This document shows positions 37,469 through 52,939 of a stretch of DNA of 64,000 bases, piece after piece. This stretch comes from the human T2T-CHM13v2.0 reference genome, Homo sapiens. The first letter of the stretch is position 1, and the number at the start of each line of letters is the position of its first letter. The notes below the pieces were generated by a model, which saw nothing but the letters and a program-made list of their open reading frames with translations, was not told the DNA's origin and made no database searches. Location: positions 21,824,001-21,888,000 of the forward strand of contig CP068257.2 in the NCBI GenBank assembly GCA_009914755.4, in the 5' to 3' direction. The position numbers were made by a program, and so were the translations under genes.

Positions 37469-40400
37469 CACTTAGTTTTAATATATAGCTGAGTGAAAAT
37501 GAACCTGAAAATAAAAACACAGACAAAGCACTAAGTTAAAAAGAATAGATCCTCACCTTTTGCAAATGTAAATTCTCAGTTTCATTTACAAATAGCACAT
37601 TGTACAAGTTAATTTGTAATTTTACCTTTAATAATAAAATCTATTTTATTCTGAGAAAAGTGACCATCAAGGGACAGGCAGTGAACATTTTTAAATGATT
37701 GTAGTTTAAGGCAATGCCTCTCAACCTAAATCAACTGCATCACCTGGGAATTTTTTGTTATGAAAGATTTTTCATATATACAAAATGTTCAACAAATTAT
37801 GGAAGAAACACTTATATAACAAATCACCAAGTTTCTACTTATTGACCCATTGCCAGTTTTGTTTCATGTGTTTTCTTCAAACCACATTAATGGGCCATTT
37901 AAAAATAATTCCCAGACATGCATCATGTCAAATAACATTTCAAAAAACTGAGAGCACTTACAAAGTACAATTTGCACAATTGAAACAATTTTATGGTGCC
38001 TTATAAGAAGGGTTGGCCAATGAATAGAATTCACTCTGTAAACATGCTGCATTTCTCTCCATGAATGGAAGGTACAGTCATGGTCCATTTCATTCATAGC
38101 TCCATCTTGATCAGAGAAGTTCCCTCACAATCTGCTTTAGACATTCAGCCCCTGGGGAGGATAGACATTAGCTCAGATGGAAAACGCCATTTGTAATTCA
38201 TTGCTCTCATTTCAGTATGATGTAAATTCTTCTCCTCAGCCTTGTAAACTGCTAAGTTTTTATCATATACAAGAATCCAATTTATCCTAACTATCTCTTA
38301 GTCTGACACAGCACACTGCTAAGTGTAGACAGTAGTCCATGCCTCCACAGGTGGGGATGACAATGAATCCCCACCCCCGCCCAGAAAAAACAAAAACAAA
38401 AACAAAAACAGTTGAGTGTTTGGAAAAACCAGAGTATTAACTCTGAGTTTTTAGAGATGTACAAACTAAAGATTAGAGATTTCGTATACCAGTCAATCTA
38501 AGTTTACAATCTGTAAACTCCTGGACTCTCTCTCAATATGTTTGAATACAGTCCTCAAATGCTTTCCTTTATCTACACTGAAACATTTTCCTAAGCAAAT
38601 ATTTGGTGTCTTTAGAAAGCGGCAGCATGGACTGCATGCTGGCTGTTGGAGATATGGAACCCAGCAGAGTGCAGGGTGGAGGATGAGCAATAAACGAAAT
38701 CAACCCAAAATCACTTCAAGGATTTGGAACCAATGAAGGCTCAGACAAGAGCAGCATAGGAATTGGGCGTCTGACAAATTACAGTACAAAGATGTTAGAT
38801 GTAAAGAACTCTGGAGTCTCAATACGCACGGCATCAAGATGAAATGGGAGAAGGGAATAAAAGCAGCAGAAATATGCCATTTTGGCAAGGTATCTGGGTG
38901 GTGGGTTGTAGATAACTACCAATTAGTACAGCTATTTTGAGATGAACATTGCAAAGATAAGAAAGTGATAGCCTAGAGCTATGAAAAACATTACTGTCTA
39001 TAAACTCTGTCTCAGTTTCTAGTTTATAAACACTTTGAGCCTTACTTATTCCTTTATTCTGAGCTACATTCTGACTTCTGACTGTAGCCTACTGAGTTTA
39101 GGATATTGTCATAATAATTCCGTCATTAAAATCTTTTTGTGGAACTATCCATCTTAGCTTTTCACTTTGTTGCAGGTATTAGTTCCTGTTTAATTCATTC
39201 AGTGGACATAGTCTCACTCTACTATTAGCTACTTTGTTCTTGTCGCTTCTCCCATGCTGCTCTTTCTTCCAGTCACCATCCCTAATCACTCCCTACACAA
39301 AAGAAAGAAAGTTTTAGAGCAGCGATTATAATAAATAAATAATTTATAATAATAAATGCAAGAAAATTTTAATAAAGATAAAATATTCAGTTTGGTTTAT
39401 CATTCCATACATTATTTGGAAATACCCTTAGCAAGATTAGTATATCTGAAGTTTAGGCAAACTACATGAATATATGGTGACATTTACAACTGAAGAGGTA
39501 TATAGAGTACTATAGTAATTGCAGAATAAATAAAAAATCAGGGATACTTGCTTTTCTTATTTAAGAAAATGTAACCAGATATGTAAAAAATTCTTGATTT
39601 CACATATTCCATATACAATTATTGAAATTTGCATTTCTATAGCATCTGCTACAATAGAACTTAAACAACACATATCTCTGGAATATATAAGTTCAAATTG
39701 GAATACTCAAGCTATATTTTACCAATTTTTTTTTCAATCAACACAATGGCATCACCTAAGCCAGATAAAGAACAGTATTTTCACTGAGGGCCTGTTAGAT
39801 GAATATTTTAAAGTTATTTTCTACCTCTTTACAAAACAAAATGCATTTTCTTTTATTTAACTTACAGGGAACTTTATTTTCATGGATATTCTTCATTTCT
39901 TCTGAAACGCTTTATTGAACCAATATATATGAGTGATTTTGTGGCTTAGGGGAAAATACTTCTCATTCAAATTCATTTTATTTTGCTACAGCTCTCCAAG
40001 CAAGAGAAAAAAATAAAGAATCTTATGATACTTAAAAGTAGATATAGTTTCAATCCTAAAAGAGTAAAAATTTTAGAAACGTCTAGACTTTACTAAGCCT
40101 CATTATTAAAAGATTTCCAGAGTACCTGAGTGAGATCTAATCTGCTTTATTTACTCCAAAAGTACTATGCACACATAACTACAAAGAACAGTATAAAAAT
40201 GTTCAATTAATATTTCTTGAATGATTCAATTCACCTTCTCAGAAGTTTATGACATTTCTTAAAAATCCCTACATTGAACCACTAATTTGACTTCCTTGTA
40301 GCTAAAACATACATTTCATTTTCGTATACTTTTATTTAAAAAATGTTTATTGGAAAGCCTTGCAATGTCACCTGATGTTTAATTTCATTGTGATGTGCTA

Positions 40401-41789
40401 TTTGTCTTTAAAAATAACACCTAATATTCATAAACCTGGCTAAATTTAAAATATCTTAATACTCAAATATTAATTTTTATATTTTCCAATATAATGAACT
40501 CACCCAATCCATTGTTCACAAACCATGATTGTGTACCTGTCTCTCTTTCTAAGGAAGACATATGATCAGGTTTACTGCTTCGGCCCTTTGAAAAGATTTT
40601 TCTTTTTTCACTAGCAGCTTTCTTTTAGGGCAGTGTTTGAGTGGGACTGTAGAATGGCAATTGTCCACTTTCTGGTAGTACCAGCATTTTATGTGTGGTA
40701 TGCAGAACTATCTGTAAATCAGGACTAAAGGTTTGCTTTATCAGTCATTCAGTCATAGAGTACTTTCCAAAAGGCTATAAATGTAGGGTGAGGAAGAGGA
40801 CTCAGTGTAATAAGAGTAAGAACCAATATAATCTAAGACTCTCAATCATAGAACTTACTTATGCCTTCAAGAATGACTCTTGTATGTACCACTACCATGT
40901 GGTGACCCAGTGTTACTGCCACTGTGCACATGACTTTGTAGAGTGATGGATCCGGATACACCCAGGACCTGATGGGGAGCTCAGGTCACATGGTAACTTG
41001 GTGGGGAATGGTTAAGCATGTAGCCTCTATATGATTCAGTAATAAGGTAGATGCTTTTTCTAAAAATGAGATACTTATCTTCAAACAATGGCATAGCTTT
41101 TCTCCCAAACATAAGCATTTGCACTGTATTTTATCATGACAGTTTGCCAAAGCCTCCATAGAGTATTGTTATTTGCTATAGATACCTCACCAACTATTTT
41201 ATCTTTTCCTAGAAACCCAGGGGCAGAGCAGCTTGTACAGCAGACCAGATATTTTACTTTCAGCAACACTCACAACTGGTAGCTTTGAGAATAATCAGTA
41301 AATGATATGGACTAGCATGCCCATATGAAGTGTATGTTGCCTCTCAAATTCAGAGGTCCAATTGTCATTGTGTTTCTTGTTATTGGGAGATACCAGATAG
41401 AGAAAATTTATTCTTTATCTTAGAAGGAATGTCTTGAACCATATTTCTGAACCTCTAGAAATGTTACTGAACTTGACAGTTTCTGGATTTTTTGTATGAT
41501 TTACTTTCTATCCTCCAGAATGCAGGTGTCTCAAAAGATCAGAGGAGCATGGTATCATTAATATGATAGGCCAGCATGATTTTCCAGGTAATGGAGAGAT
41601 GTTCAAAGTCCATGGAGAACAGATGGGGAAAGTGGGGAGGATAGTTGATCTATCCCTAAGTTTGGGCAAGTAAGGTGTGTTGCTCCTATTGAAAGCTGAA
41701 ACAAACTACTTCTTATGATTTTTATGAACATAGAGACAAAAGCATTCTCCAGATCAACAGCCACATACTAGGTGTTAAAAGTTGTATGA

Positions 41790-42093
41790 GGCCAGGTGCA
41801 GTGGCTCACTCCTGTAATTCCAGCACTTTGGGAGGCTGAGGTGGGCAGATTTCTTGACCCCAGGAGTTCAAGATCAGCCTGGGCAACATAGCAAGACTTT
41901 GTCTCTACAAAACATACAAAAAATTAGCCAGGCATTGTGGTGTGGGCCTGTAGTCCCAGTTACCTGGGAGGCTGAGATGAGAGGATCAACTGAGCCCCAA
42001 GGTCAAGGCTCTAGTGAGTTATGATTGCGCCACTGCACTCTACCCTGGATGACAGAGGGAGATCCTGTCTAAAAAACAAACAAACAAACAAAC
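41790..42093 (+). mobile_element. Alu (AluS/J-like) with (CAAA)n tail
   Basis: 'ggccaggtgcagtggctcactcctgtaattccagcactttgggaggctgaggtgggcagatttcttgaccccaggagttcaagatcagcctgggcaacatagcaagactttgtctctacaaaacatacaaaaaattagccaggcattgtggtgtgggcctgtagtcccagttacctgggaggctgagatgagaggatcaactgagcc...gcactctaccctggatgacagagggagatcctgtctaaaaaacaaacaaacaaacaaac'. Confidence 0.95.
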
Positions 42094-42285
42094 TTGCATG
42101 ATACGTATGCTTTAGTAAAGATACATTGGGACAGGCAAGTGTGATATAAATCACCAGTTAATTTAATTAATGACATTCTGTCTTTATTCTCCAAAATTAT
42201 TCTAGTGTCTGGACAGGCCAAGTAGGTGAGTTAAATGGACAAATGTGCATGAGATAGTAATAATTAGTCTTGCGTCTTCCAAGTC

Positions 42286-42587
42286 TTTTTTTTTTTTAAG
42301 ATGAAGTCTCACTCTGTCGTCCAGGCTGGTGAGCAGTGGCGCGGTCTCAGCTCACTGCAATCTCCACCCCCTGGGTTCAAGTGATTCTCCTGCCTCAGCC
42401 TCCCTAGTAGCTGGGATAACAGGCACACACCACCATGCCCAGCTAATTTTTGTATTTTTAGTAGAGATGGGGTTTTGCCATGTTGGCCAGACTGGTCTCA
42501 AACTCCTGACCTCAGGTGATCCTCCCACCTCAGCCTCAGCCTCCCAAAGTGCTGGGATTACAGGTATGAGCCACTGCGCCCAGCCAT
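42286..42587 (-). mobile_element. Alu (AluS-like), reverse orientation, about 10-bp TSD 'cttc(c)aagtc'
   Basis: '(t)12aagatgaagtctcactctgtcgtccaggctggtgagcagtggcgcggtctcagctcactgcaatctccaccccctgggttcaagtgattctcctgcctcagcctccctagtagctgggataacaggcacacaccaccatgcccagctaatttttgtatttttagtagagatggggttttgccatgttggccagactggtctcaaactcctgacctcaggtgatcctcccacctcagcctc...ccaaagtgctgggattacaggtatgagccactgcgcccagcc'. Flanks: 'cttccaagtc' before and 'ccttcaagtc' after. Confidence 0.95.
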
Positions 42588-42749
42588 CCTTCAAGTCCTG
42601 ATGGACACCAACATTTGCAATCCATCCAAGCATAAGCTATTGTTTTTGGCTTAATATTTTAGTAGGCAGGAGTACTTCCGGGGACATCCACTTTACTTTT
42701 CTTAATATAAATGTCCTATCTGCAAAGATGAGGTGATAAAAGTTTTCTG

Positions 42750-42751
<2 letters not shown>

Positions 42752-42797
<46 letters not shown>
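42752..42797. repeat. (GT)23 microsatellite (likely polymorphic dinucleotide marker)
   Basis: Uninterrupted 'gtgtgt...gt' run read directly. Confidence 0.95.
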
Positions 42798-42799
<2 letters not shown>

Positions 42800-43899
42800 C
42801 AGGTGGACCATAGTGGTATTTTGCATCTATAGGATTTTATTTAAGCTAAGAGCCAGTATGTAGTATATTAGCATGTTTAGTTCAATGAGTTCATGCTCTC
42901 AAATCACAGTATATCAATAATTTGTGTGTCAACACACACATGCATAATTTATAAAAATGAATTAGAATATAATGAGCACTTTGAAATGCACACTCCATTT
43001 CATTTTTAAATAATATTTCCTTAGAACTTCTTTTTTAATTTTGTACCTCAGATTTTTCTAATTGAAAGATTTTAACCATGTTATTTCTCATACATTTGAC
43101 CAAGAAGAGATTGTTTAAAATAGTATCTTAAACTAATAGTTATTGGGACAATTTAAATAACTTATTGGGTGCTTATGTTATACATTTCTGCCAAAAACAG
43201 TATTAATCGTGCGCTTAATTTATTCCAGAACTTTCACTAATGTGGAAGTTGATAATAGTGCACCAAGCAAATGAGCTTCTTTCTCTTACTGCAGGTAAGT
43301 GCTATTAATAATATAAGCCTGGGATGAGTAAGTAGCTTTCAGCAAAATGTAAATTAATCATTGCTTCTTTCACTTGAAAAGACTTACTATTAAAAAGCAA
43401 CATAATCAGAAATAAGCAGTGTACTTATTCTCCTAATCTCAATGAGAACCACACTTTGATTAGCAGTAGCCTAGTTTATATACAATAGAAACTAGCAGTA
43501 CTCTCACTACTGGTGTCAAAATTATAGTATGCGATGTAATTACAATGTGTGGGTTCCTCTGGCCCCAAGGACTTTGCTAGTGTTGTTTATTCTGCCTGTT
43601 TGTAACGTCTTTCCAATTCCATAGTTTAGTTAACTCTACTCATCTTTTGAGACCCAGTTTCTCAAAGGTCCCTCTTACAACTTCAGAGACAAGATCATTC
43701 CCTTGTAATTTTGTAAGATCTCTTATCCCTCAGTAGTTTTCTTTACAATCATTTATCAAAGCTTATGCATTACTTATGTAATTATGTAATTGATGTATTT
43801 ATTGCTATTATCCTCAAACGTTCCAAGAATAATAGCTAATATTTATTGAACAACAATACCATGTCAAACACTGGGATCAAATAGTTTACTTGTGCATAT

Positions 43900-44045
43900 C
43901 CCTGTCATTCTCTGTGTATGTATTTGTGTGTGTGTGTGTATTAATTTATGTATGCACATGTACATACATGTACTTATAGATACCTATGTCTGTATACATG
44001 AATATCCCATATACATGTGTATGTATATACACATATACATAATCT
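43900..44045. repeat. (TG)n plus (TACA/TATG)-rich low-complexity block
   Basis: 'gtatgtatttgtgtgtgtgtgtgtattaatttatgtatgcacatgtacatacatgtacttatagatacctatgtctgtatacatgaatatcccatatacatgtgtatgtatatacacatatacat'. Confidence 0.7.
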
Positions 44046-45558
44046 CATTTAATGCAATAACATAATGTTAATGAATTTGTAAACCTAGAGTTAATACATA
44101 TTAACTCCAAAAACCACCAATCTATATGTCTGACCATTTATTCTCCTCCCTTTGCAAATGAATGTCCCTTGGAATGGCTATTAATGGGTTCAGGGGAAGA
44201 GAATGAGATCTGTCACTTAGGACCTCGTAGTACTGCAAGTATACACCTACATTAGAAAATTTAATAATTCTCTACATTAATATATTAAAGGAATGAAAAG
44301 AGCCACCTGGTAATCTCAGTAGATTAAAAAATGAACATTCACTAAAATTTAATGCACACTTAAAATAATAAAAATATTAAATTGTAATGGAAAAAACCTT
44401 CCTTTTTATAAGCTAGAAAATATATTAGCAAAAGTCTAAATTAAACATCAAATTAAGGGTAAATAGGATAAACATTCTTATTGAAGTCAGAAACAAGCAA
44501 AACATCCATTATAAACTACATTATGCATTATCATTCTGAAACTCTGAGCCAACATGCAAGTAAAAGGAAAAAAAATAGGTAAATTAGGAGGACAAATTGG
44601 TTAGGAAGTAACAAATCCTTGATGTTTTCAGACGATATTATTGTCTAAAGAATCTAAAGAATCAGCTGACAAATTGAAGGTACTCATAGACAGTTTAGCA
44701 AGATCAATATAGGATTTATTTAACAACTTAAGACCTATCTTATGTGCCTGTATTATTCTATAAAGGAAATAAAAACAATTAAGAAAATTATTTTAAATGG
44801 TACTAAATTACATCTAGCAGGATATGTGGGGGAAAAAAGTGTTCTGTGGGATGCCATAATAGCTAACAATTATTGTGAGTTCATTTTGTAAAATGCACTG
44901 TTTTATATTCTTTGCACAGCCCTTCTTCACCCTTGCTAAAATCATATACATCAGAAAAAGAGTTTTTTTGTTGCTCAAAGTCGTAAAATTCATAACGAAA
45001 AGGCACCTTGGTGGAACAGATTGAGAGAATCTAGTAAATATCAGCGACACAAATCCCATAACTTAGCAATTCTACTTCTTTTATATTAATTAGAGAACAA
45101 GTCAAATATAGACATGAGGAGGAGGTTAACTACAAATTACAAATTATTTGTAATGACCCCCAAAAAGGATGATAAAAATCATTAGCAAAGGGGAATACAT
45201 AATTTGAGAATTCTCAACACCATGATTTTATTATCCATTAGACTTCAATGGAATAGGATGAAGTATATCATTCATATGCACTGATACTAAGAATTACCTA
45301 GATGTAGTGTGAATGAAAAAGCTATTTATTACATGTTAAAATAATAAACGTATTGAAAACATCCTGTCGCCAAGCATTGACATATCTCAAGTCACATATG
45401 CATATATATGTAATTGTGTAGTCAGAAAAAATTCTGGTAAGAAACCAAACAGTACTGTAATAATAGCTATCTCTGGGAAGCATACTGGACTGGGAAAAAT
45501 TTTAAAGGAACATTATTTTCACTTATGTAAGCTTTAAAAATAAAAATACGTATTACCA

Positions 45559-45912
<354 letters not shown>

Positions 45913-47454
45913 TTATAATTTAAATAATTAAAATGCCTCTAATATATAAGGTAAAGCATTCACTTTCTTATGACATTATTTAATGTCATAAGAAAAAGTC
46001 TTTATATATCTATGAAGATAATTTTGACTGAATTAATGACATGTTTTATAAAAACAAAATTTCAAACGTAGTAAAAAAATTGAAGTCTAATTAACCTTAA
46101 AACAAGAAAAAAATTTGAATGAAACTCTAGTCAAGTAAAACAAAATAGAAGAAAAAGCAACCGACCCATCAACTCTTTACCTCCAAGCCTTCAATTACAG
46201 ATACTTTTATAGCCAGGTTAATTTAAATATTTAAATAAAAAAAATTATGCTCTCTAAACAGATATTAAGTATACAAGAAGATATAAATTACTTCTGAAAG
46301 CTAATATCAATAGGTAAAATTTTAAGAATAATATAATAAAATGAATACATTATTCCTTTTATCAAAGTATATGCAAAACATGTAATCAAACCTAGGTAAA
46401 TATATATTTATAGAATAATCTATCTGGCAAATCGTATATATTCCAGGAATGAAAAGATGCTTTACTATGAAAACATATGTAAATAAGACAACTCATTAAT
46501 TAATTAGGTGAGGTTAAGCCCATTTATAGGTGTGATAGCCCCAGTTTCAGGCAGGTGCTGGAAACTGAACTAGTGAACACAGTTAACTAGTTTCAGACAC
46601 TGCTTGCTAGTGAGCAGAGATATCTGTATGTGGCCAGGATTATTTTTTATATGCTGGAGGTTTCATAGGAATACATTGGTAGACTGCGGTTCTTGATAAA
46701 TGGCACTAACAAGCAGAAACTGATAATTCTGGAAAACAGAATACATACATACTAAGAATGAGTCAATATTTGCATACGTTCTTTTATAATCACAAAATTT
46801 TGCTGTCTACCTAAACTTCATGGGTTAATCTACACAGACTCATATTTTCTTTTTTTTTTAGCTCATAAGTCATTGATACATCAACACAGAAGTTAAATAT
46901 TGAGAGAAAAGTTCTAGGACAACTTGAATTCATAAATAGTGCAATCCGGAAAACATAAAATCCAAATATTAAACCATGAAATAAAGTCAAAGAGCAAAAT
47001 AATTACTTACATAATAGGCAAGATGGATTCAAAATTCACAGCAATTTAGAAAGGTTTTGGATGCATCATTTATTTGTGATTCCTTCTCAGCTTTAGTGTG
47101 CTCAAAACATACTGGAAAACCTTACATAAATAGTAGCAGTTATGATCCCCACAGTCCTTGTTCTGCTGAAGTCGGGATCTTATGAAAGTATTAACTTGGA
47201 AGGAACAAATAATTATTTTCCATTATTTTATGGTAATAACAATGAAACTTTCACTTATAATCTTAAATTTGACTAGACTTTAAGGTACTCATCTTTTTAC
47301 TGTTAATGTAATGAATGTTAAATACACAGTAAAAACTGTGTACATTTTAATTTGCCTAACGAAAATTTGTTTTTTAACCTATGTGGAAAAATATACTGTA
47401 AATTTCTTAGCAGAATATACATATCTAATTTTAGCTACATGAGATATTTCATCA

Positions 47455-47882
<428 letters not shown>

Positions 47883-48984
47883 TATTGAACTTTACCACTA
47901 ACATATGTTTACTTGTACATGTCATTTCTCAACACTATTTTAACAATATAAAAAAGACACAAATATTAAAGTTTAAAAATACTGAGATAAATGTACAATT
48001 TTAAATGTTTTATTTTCACAAATAAAATATCATGTATTCAAATTCATCTTTAAAACACTTAGTTTAAGATGATAATATAATTATTTGTGAACACGATTTT
48101 CATTTCAGTGGATTTCAAAATTTTGTTCTGATTACAATTAAAAAATATATTCCAAGGACATTTGAATATAAATCAAACAAAAGCCTCTTTGGTGGTGCTT
48201 GCTTAAATGGTCTCATTCATTCTCCATTTTCAACTTCGAGCTATGAAAACAATTTTAAAATCGAAGTTCGTACATTTCCATTTCTCCAGTGTCAACTAGT
48301 CAAATATTACTCAAAGTCTTATTTCATATATTTTATTTATCAAATTAGAAAGTGCTATTTTACAATATTGTAAATGTTGAGACATGAATAAATTTATAGT
48401 TGACTGACTTTCTAAGTTTTACAGTTTTCTTTTTGTGGTCAGCCAGTAAATGTCTGTGTATTTTAAGTTAATTTAATCTAAATGTCCATGTTATTATTTA
48501 GTCATTAAAATAGTCTACTATTTAAATATTTTTGAAACAAAACCACAATTTTTATGTCTTTTTTTTTAAACATACAAAAAAGAGCAATGACTTATAGTAG
48601 TCTGAAAGTAATGCGTTTCAGACACCTGATAGGGAGTGAATCTTGTTTTCCTAACTGCAGCTCTTTCATTTTACCCTTCGATAACTCCTTAACATCTAAC
48701 ACGTGATAACCTAAAGTACAAATAGTGAGTGTGACAGTGTCAATTCATGCTCTGAATATTAATGATACTTAATATTGTTTTAAAAACAGCTTAAAAATTG
48801 TAAATTCTAATATTTCCTTCAAAAAACCAGCAAAAATTGTTGGGAAGAATGTTTCCCAGTAGTAAACACTGGATACTTCTAGGTAATATTTTGTTGGTTG
48901 GTTTGCTCTTTCTTTTATTGTAGAGTTATTGCCTAACATTTTAGGACTAGTATAATGCTTTTGTAATTAAAAATATGCAATCTC

Positions 48985-49340
<356 letters not shown>

Positions 49341-52129
49341 TTATTATGAGAATATTGTTGAAAGATTCAGTACTTTCAATAGATTTTAAAACACTTTAAT
49401 TTCATTTCATTTAAATCTCACTCTGCAAAATAAGGTAAACTATTATATTTATTTAAAAATAATATGATTAGAAAAAAACACTGAACTGCAAAGGATTATT
49501 ATTGCTGGAGGTTTTTTATATATTATTCCTTGTTACAAATACATGGAAAAGTCATTGGTACTGACAGGACTAAGATTGAAAAACCAAGTCCCCACTGAGT
49601 TGGCTTTTACAGAATGTAACTGGCGAGAGTCTGTTGAAAGTCACCTTCCTTGATTCCCTACCTTTATTTCCAAGTGGTGAAAATCATTTTAAATAGGCTC
49701 CAAACACATTGATGAGTGAATCAATCATCTATAACAAAGGCATGTGAAGTATATTTAAGGAACTATATATACACAAGCAGTAAACATGAATGTACAAAGG
49801 GCAACATGAACATTGTAAAACAGCCAATTATTAAATTATTATGTAAACTGTTTTCAACAAAACAATAAATACCAAGTTTTGCAAAGTAAAGACGCCATTA
49901 TTTCTATTTCAAAAAACCTAATATCTGAATCTGAAATATAGTAAAATACCTCCGATTTCTGGCTTACTATATCACATTTTTTCCCCAAATTTATGTGTTA
50001 TATTTCTGTAAAGTAGTAAGAGCTGTGAGACCATTAGAGAATTAAATAAATTCACAAACTAACTTCAATGGACTGATACTTTATTAGGGAAATGGCTTGA
50101 CTCTTAACTCAGGGACAATATTGCCCAAAATGTATTCAGTAAATTGATGGCATCAGAATTTAGGAACATAAATTAACTTACCAATTTTTGTATCTTCTCT
50201 CAGACCTAATGAATTGGGATTTCAGAGGGTTTGAGGCCTAGAAATCTGGATTTTTAATAAATTCCTTAGGTGATTCTAATGATAACCTTAACTGAGTTGT
50301 GATTTTGAGTTTTGTTGAATCATTGCACCTCTTATCACCATATTTTAACTAATCTCATCTTCAGAATTAAGAAGATAGTCTATTTACATTTCCTGGTGGT
50401 CAAGAATTTGGTACCGTATTAAAGTATCTTTTTGTTAATTAGAGTACTTGTAGGATTTAATTAGCTGACATTTCATTTAAAGTAGCACTTTCCCCAATTG
50501 TTTGCTACTGTAGTTTTTATCAGAAACTTTGTAATTTAAAGTATATTTAGAAGGAAAATTAAAAGAAATGCTATGTTTAGATATAAGCAATTTATAATAT
50601 CCATTTAATGGCACAAATGTCTTCAAATTTGCAACTGCCTGCAAGTTAGCAGACTAGGTAATCTCCAGTTGCCACTGAATTCAATGCGTTTTTTTACCTG
50701 TCACCAAATTAACAATCTTAAATCCTTAATTTCATCCTTTCCTCCCAGAAACTTGAATAATATTCCATCCTTCTAATTCTCTATTTCAAGATCTTCCATA
50801 TTCAGGATTCATTTACCCAAAGTTAACCTCATTATTCACAGTATAAATCACCTTATGTAAGCAAGGTAGTCTGTTTCATTATTTTGGCACGCACCTTCTC
50901 AAATTTAAAATATTTCCTTTGTTTTCTATCTTGGTTAAATGTTCCTTTGTTTTCTACCTTGGTTAAAATTGTAATTAAATTGAAAATAATAGTTCTCCCA
51001 TTTGCCTTTTAATTATTTTTTTAAAAATCCAGCTTGCCTTTATTTATATATCCACTTCATTATTTACTCATAATGACATTCTATTTTATTTTATTTTAGA
51101 CAAGGTCTTGCTCTCTTGCCCAGGCTAAAAAAATGGTATTATGCAACAGCATTTTTTAGAAAGAAATTAAGGACTCCAGGCTTGCTAAAAATTAAAATTA
51201 TTATATTTAAGGTGGATATTATCTCATGGGATGCACTTTCTATTTTGGGTCTGAATCATATCTTATTTAACATATGTTCAGTAGTTCTATCACATCGTTT
51301 AGAAAATAAAACAAGTCAAAGAAATATATTGCCTAACACTGTTTTAAATGATAACAAACGAACAAAACCCACGGAGCTCTGACCCTATTTAAAAAAAAAA
51401 CAAAAAAACCCAAAAAACAAAACACAAAGCTTGTCCACTTTGAAAATATGGATATAGCTTTTCATGTCACATTATTCTTAGTATGTCTAATAGGTCTACT
51501 TTAAAAGCAATACATTATTTTATTAAAATAAATAAAACAAAACAATTATTAATAATTAATTTTAATAATAATCAATAATAAAATAAAATAAATATCTTTT
51601 CTAAGTACTCATATAGTCTGATATATGAGTTTTATAATTCATGCTTATAAGTAAACATTTATCATCAGAAAAAATATTTATCAGAATTGCAACAAATTAT
51701 TTTTGGAATAAAGTATATGAAGCAGTGACATTTTGCTCCATTATCAGTAAAATTATCATAAAGGATAAGGCAGTTATTAGGAATTGAAAACTATGTAGGA
51801 TTTGTAAAAAGAAGAGGGATAGCACCACATACTAAAGACTCAGTGAAACAAAACTACAGAAAAGTTTGGAACTTTCTGGGATACCAAAAAATTTTGGGAG
51901 GGTAAAATCTGATAAGAAAGCAGAATTATGAGAGATAAAGCGAGGCCACTTATTTGTTCAGTAATCCTTTCCTTTATTCTAAAATCATAATTTAGTACTT
52001 TCTAGGTGCCAAGTTGTTTGGTAGGAATTAAGAATGAACAATCAAGCCACCTGGTCCCGGGTTTTCTTTGTTAGAAAGTTTTCTTATTTATTTTATGATT
52101 ATCATTTATTTCTGATTAAAATACCTTAC

Positions 52130-52390
52130 TAGTTAGGAGTTGGTTCAGGTTTTCTATTTCTTCATGAGATAGAAGTCATATATTTTCTATTTTTAGGAAT
52201 TTATCCGTTTCTTCTAGGTTCTCTTTATCCAATTTGTTGGTGTGCAATTATCTACAGCAGTGTCTTATGGTGCTTGTTATCTCCGTGGCATGAGTTGTAA
52301 CGTCTCCTCTTTCATTTCTGATTTTGTTTCTTTGAATCTTCTCTTTTCTCGTAGTCTAGACAACAGCACTGTATTGTATATTTAAAAATG
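52130..52390 (-). mobile_element. LINE-1 ORF2 (RT-region) fragment, antisense
   Basis: 'tttaggaatttatccgtttcttctaggttctctttatccaatttgttggtgtgcaattatctacagcagtgtcttatggtgcttgttatctccgtggcatgagttgtaacgtctcctctttcatttctgattttgtttctttgaatcttctcttttctcg' parallels antisense L1 ('gaggaatttatccatttcttctagattttctagtttatttgcgtagaggtgtttatagtattctctgatggtagtttgtatttctgtgggatcggtggtgatatcccctttatcattttttattgcgtctatttgattcttctctctttt'). It is a near-duplicate of 55080-55260. Confidence 0.6.
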
Positions 52391-52755
52391 TGTTAAGGGA
52401 GTTCACCTTATGTTAAATGTTCTTACCACAATTAATAAATTTTAAATGAAACATACAAATTTAAAAACGAAGAAAGCACAGGTGAACCTAGCAACTAATC
52501 AAATCTATATTTGTAGCAGTGATAAAATGATCAAAGTAATGACTGCAGACAAAAGTTGCAAAGTATGAATTAACTAGGCTTAGTGATTGATTGAGGCAGT
52601 GGCTAGAGGTGCCATATGCTTGGTGTATACAAGGAACATTGTGAAGGCTGGATTGCTTGGAGCCAAGAAAGCAAAGCAAGGGCAGTGGGAGATGATATCA
52701 AAGAGGGTCACTGACAGAATCTATATTATATTATAAGCTATATTATATTAATTAT

Positions 52756-52852
52756 GTAATATGTTATTTTCATTTCTAGATTATTTAATGTTTTATTATA
52801 ATTTAATAATATATTATTTTCATTTCTAGATCATACAAATGCAATGTTTATT
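52756..52852. repeat. Two-copy tandem duplication (unit about 50 bp) in AT-rich DNA
   Basis: 'taatatgttattttcatttctagattatttaatgttttattataatt' is followed by 'taataatatattattttcatttctagatcatacaaatgcaatgtttattt'. The first about 27 bp of each unit are nearly identical. Confidence 0.6.
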
Positions 52853-52939
52853 TAAAAAATAAACAAAAATAAAACCAACTTAGAAAATATATCATAAAAA
52901 ATTAAAATATCTACATTATTATTATATCTAATTCATGTT

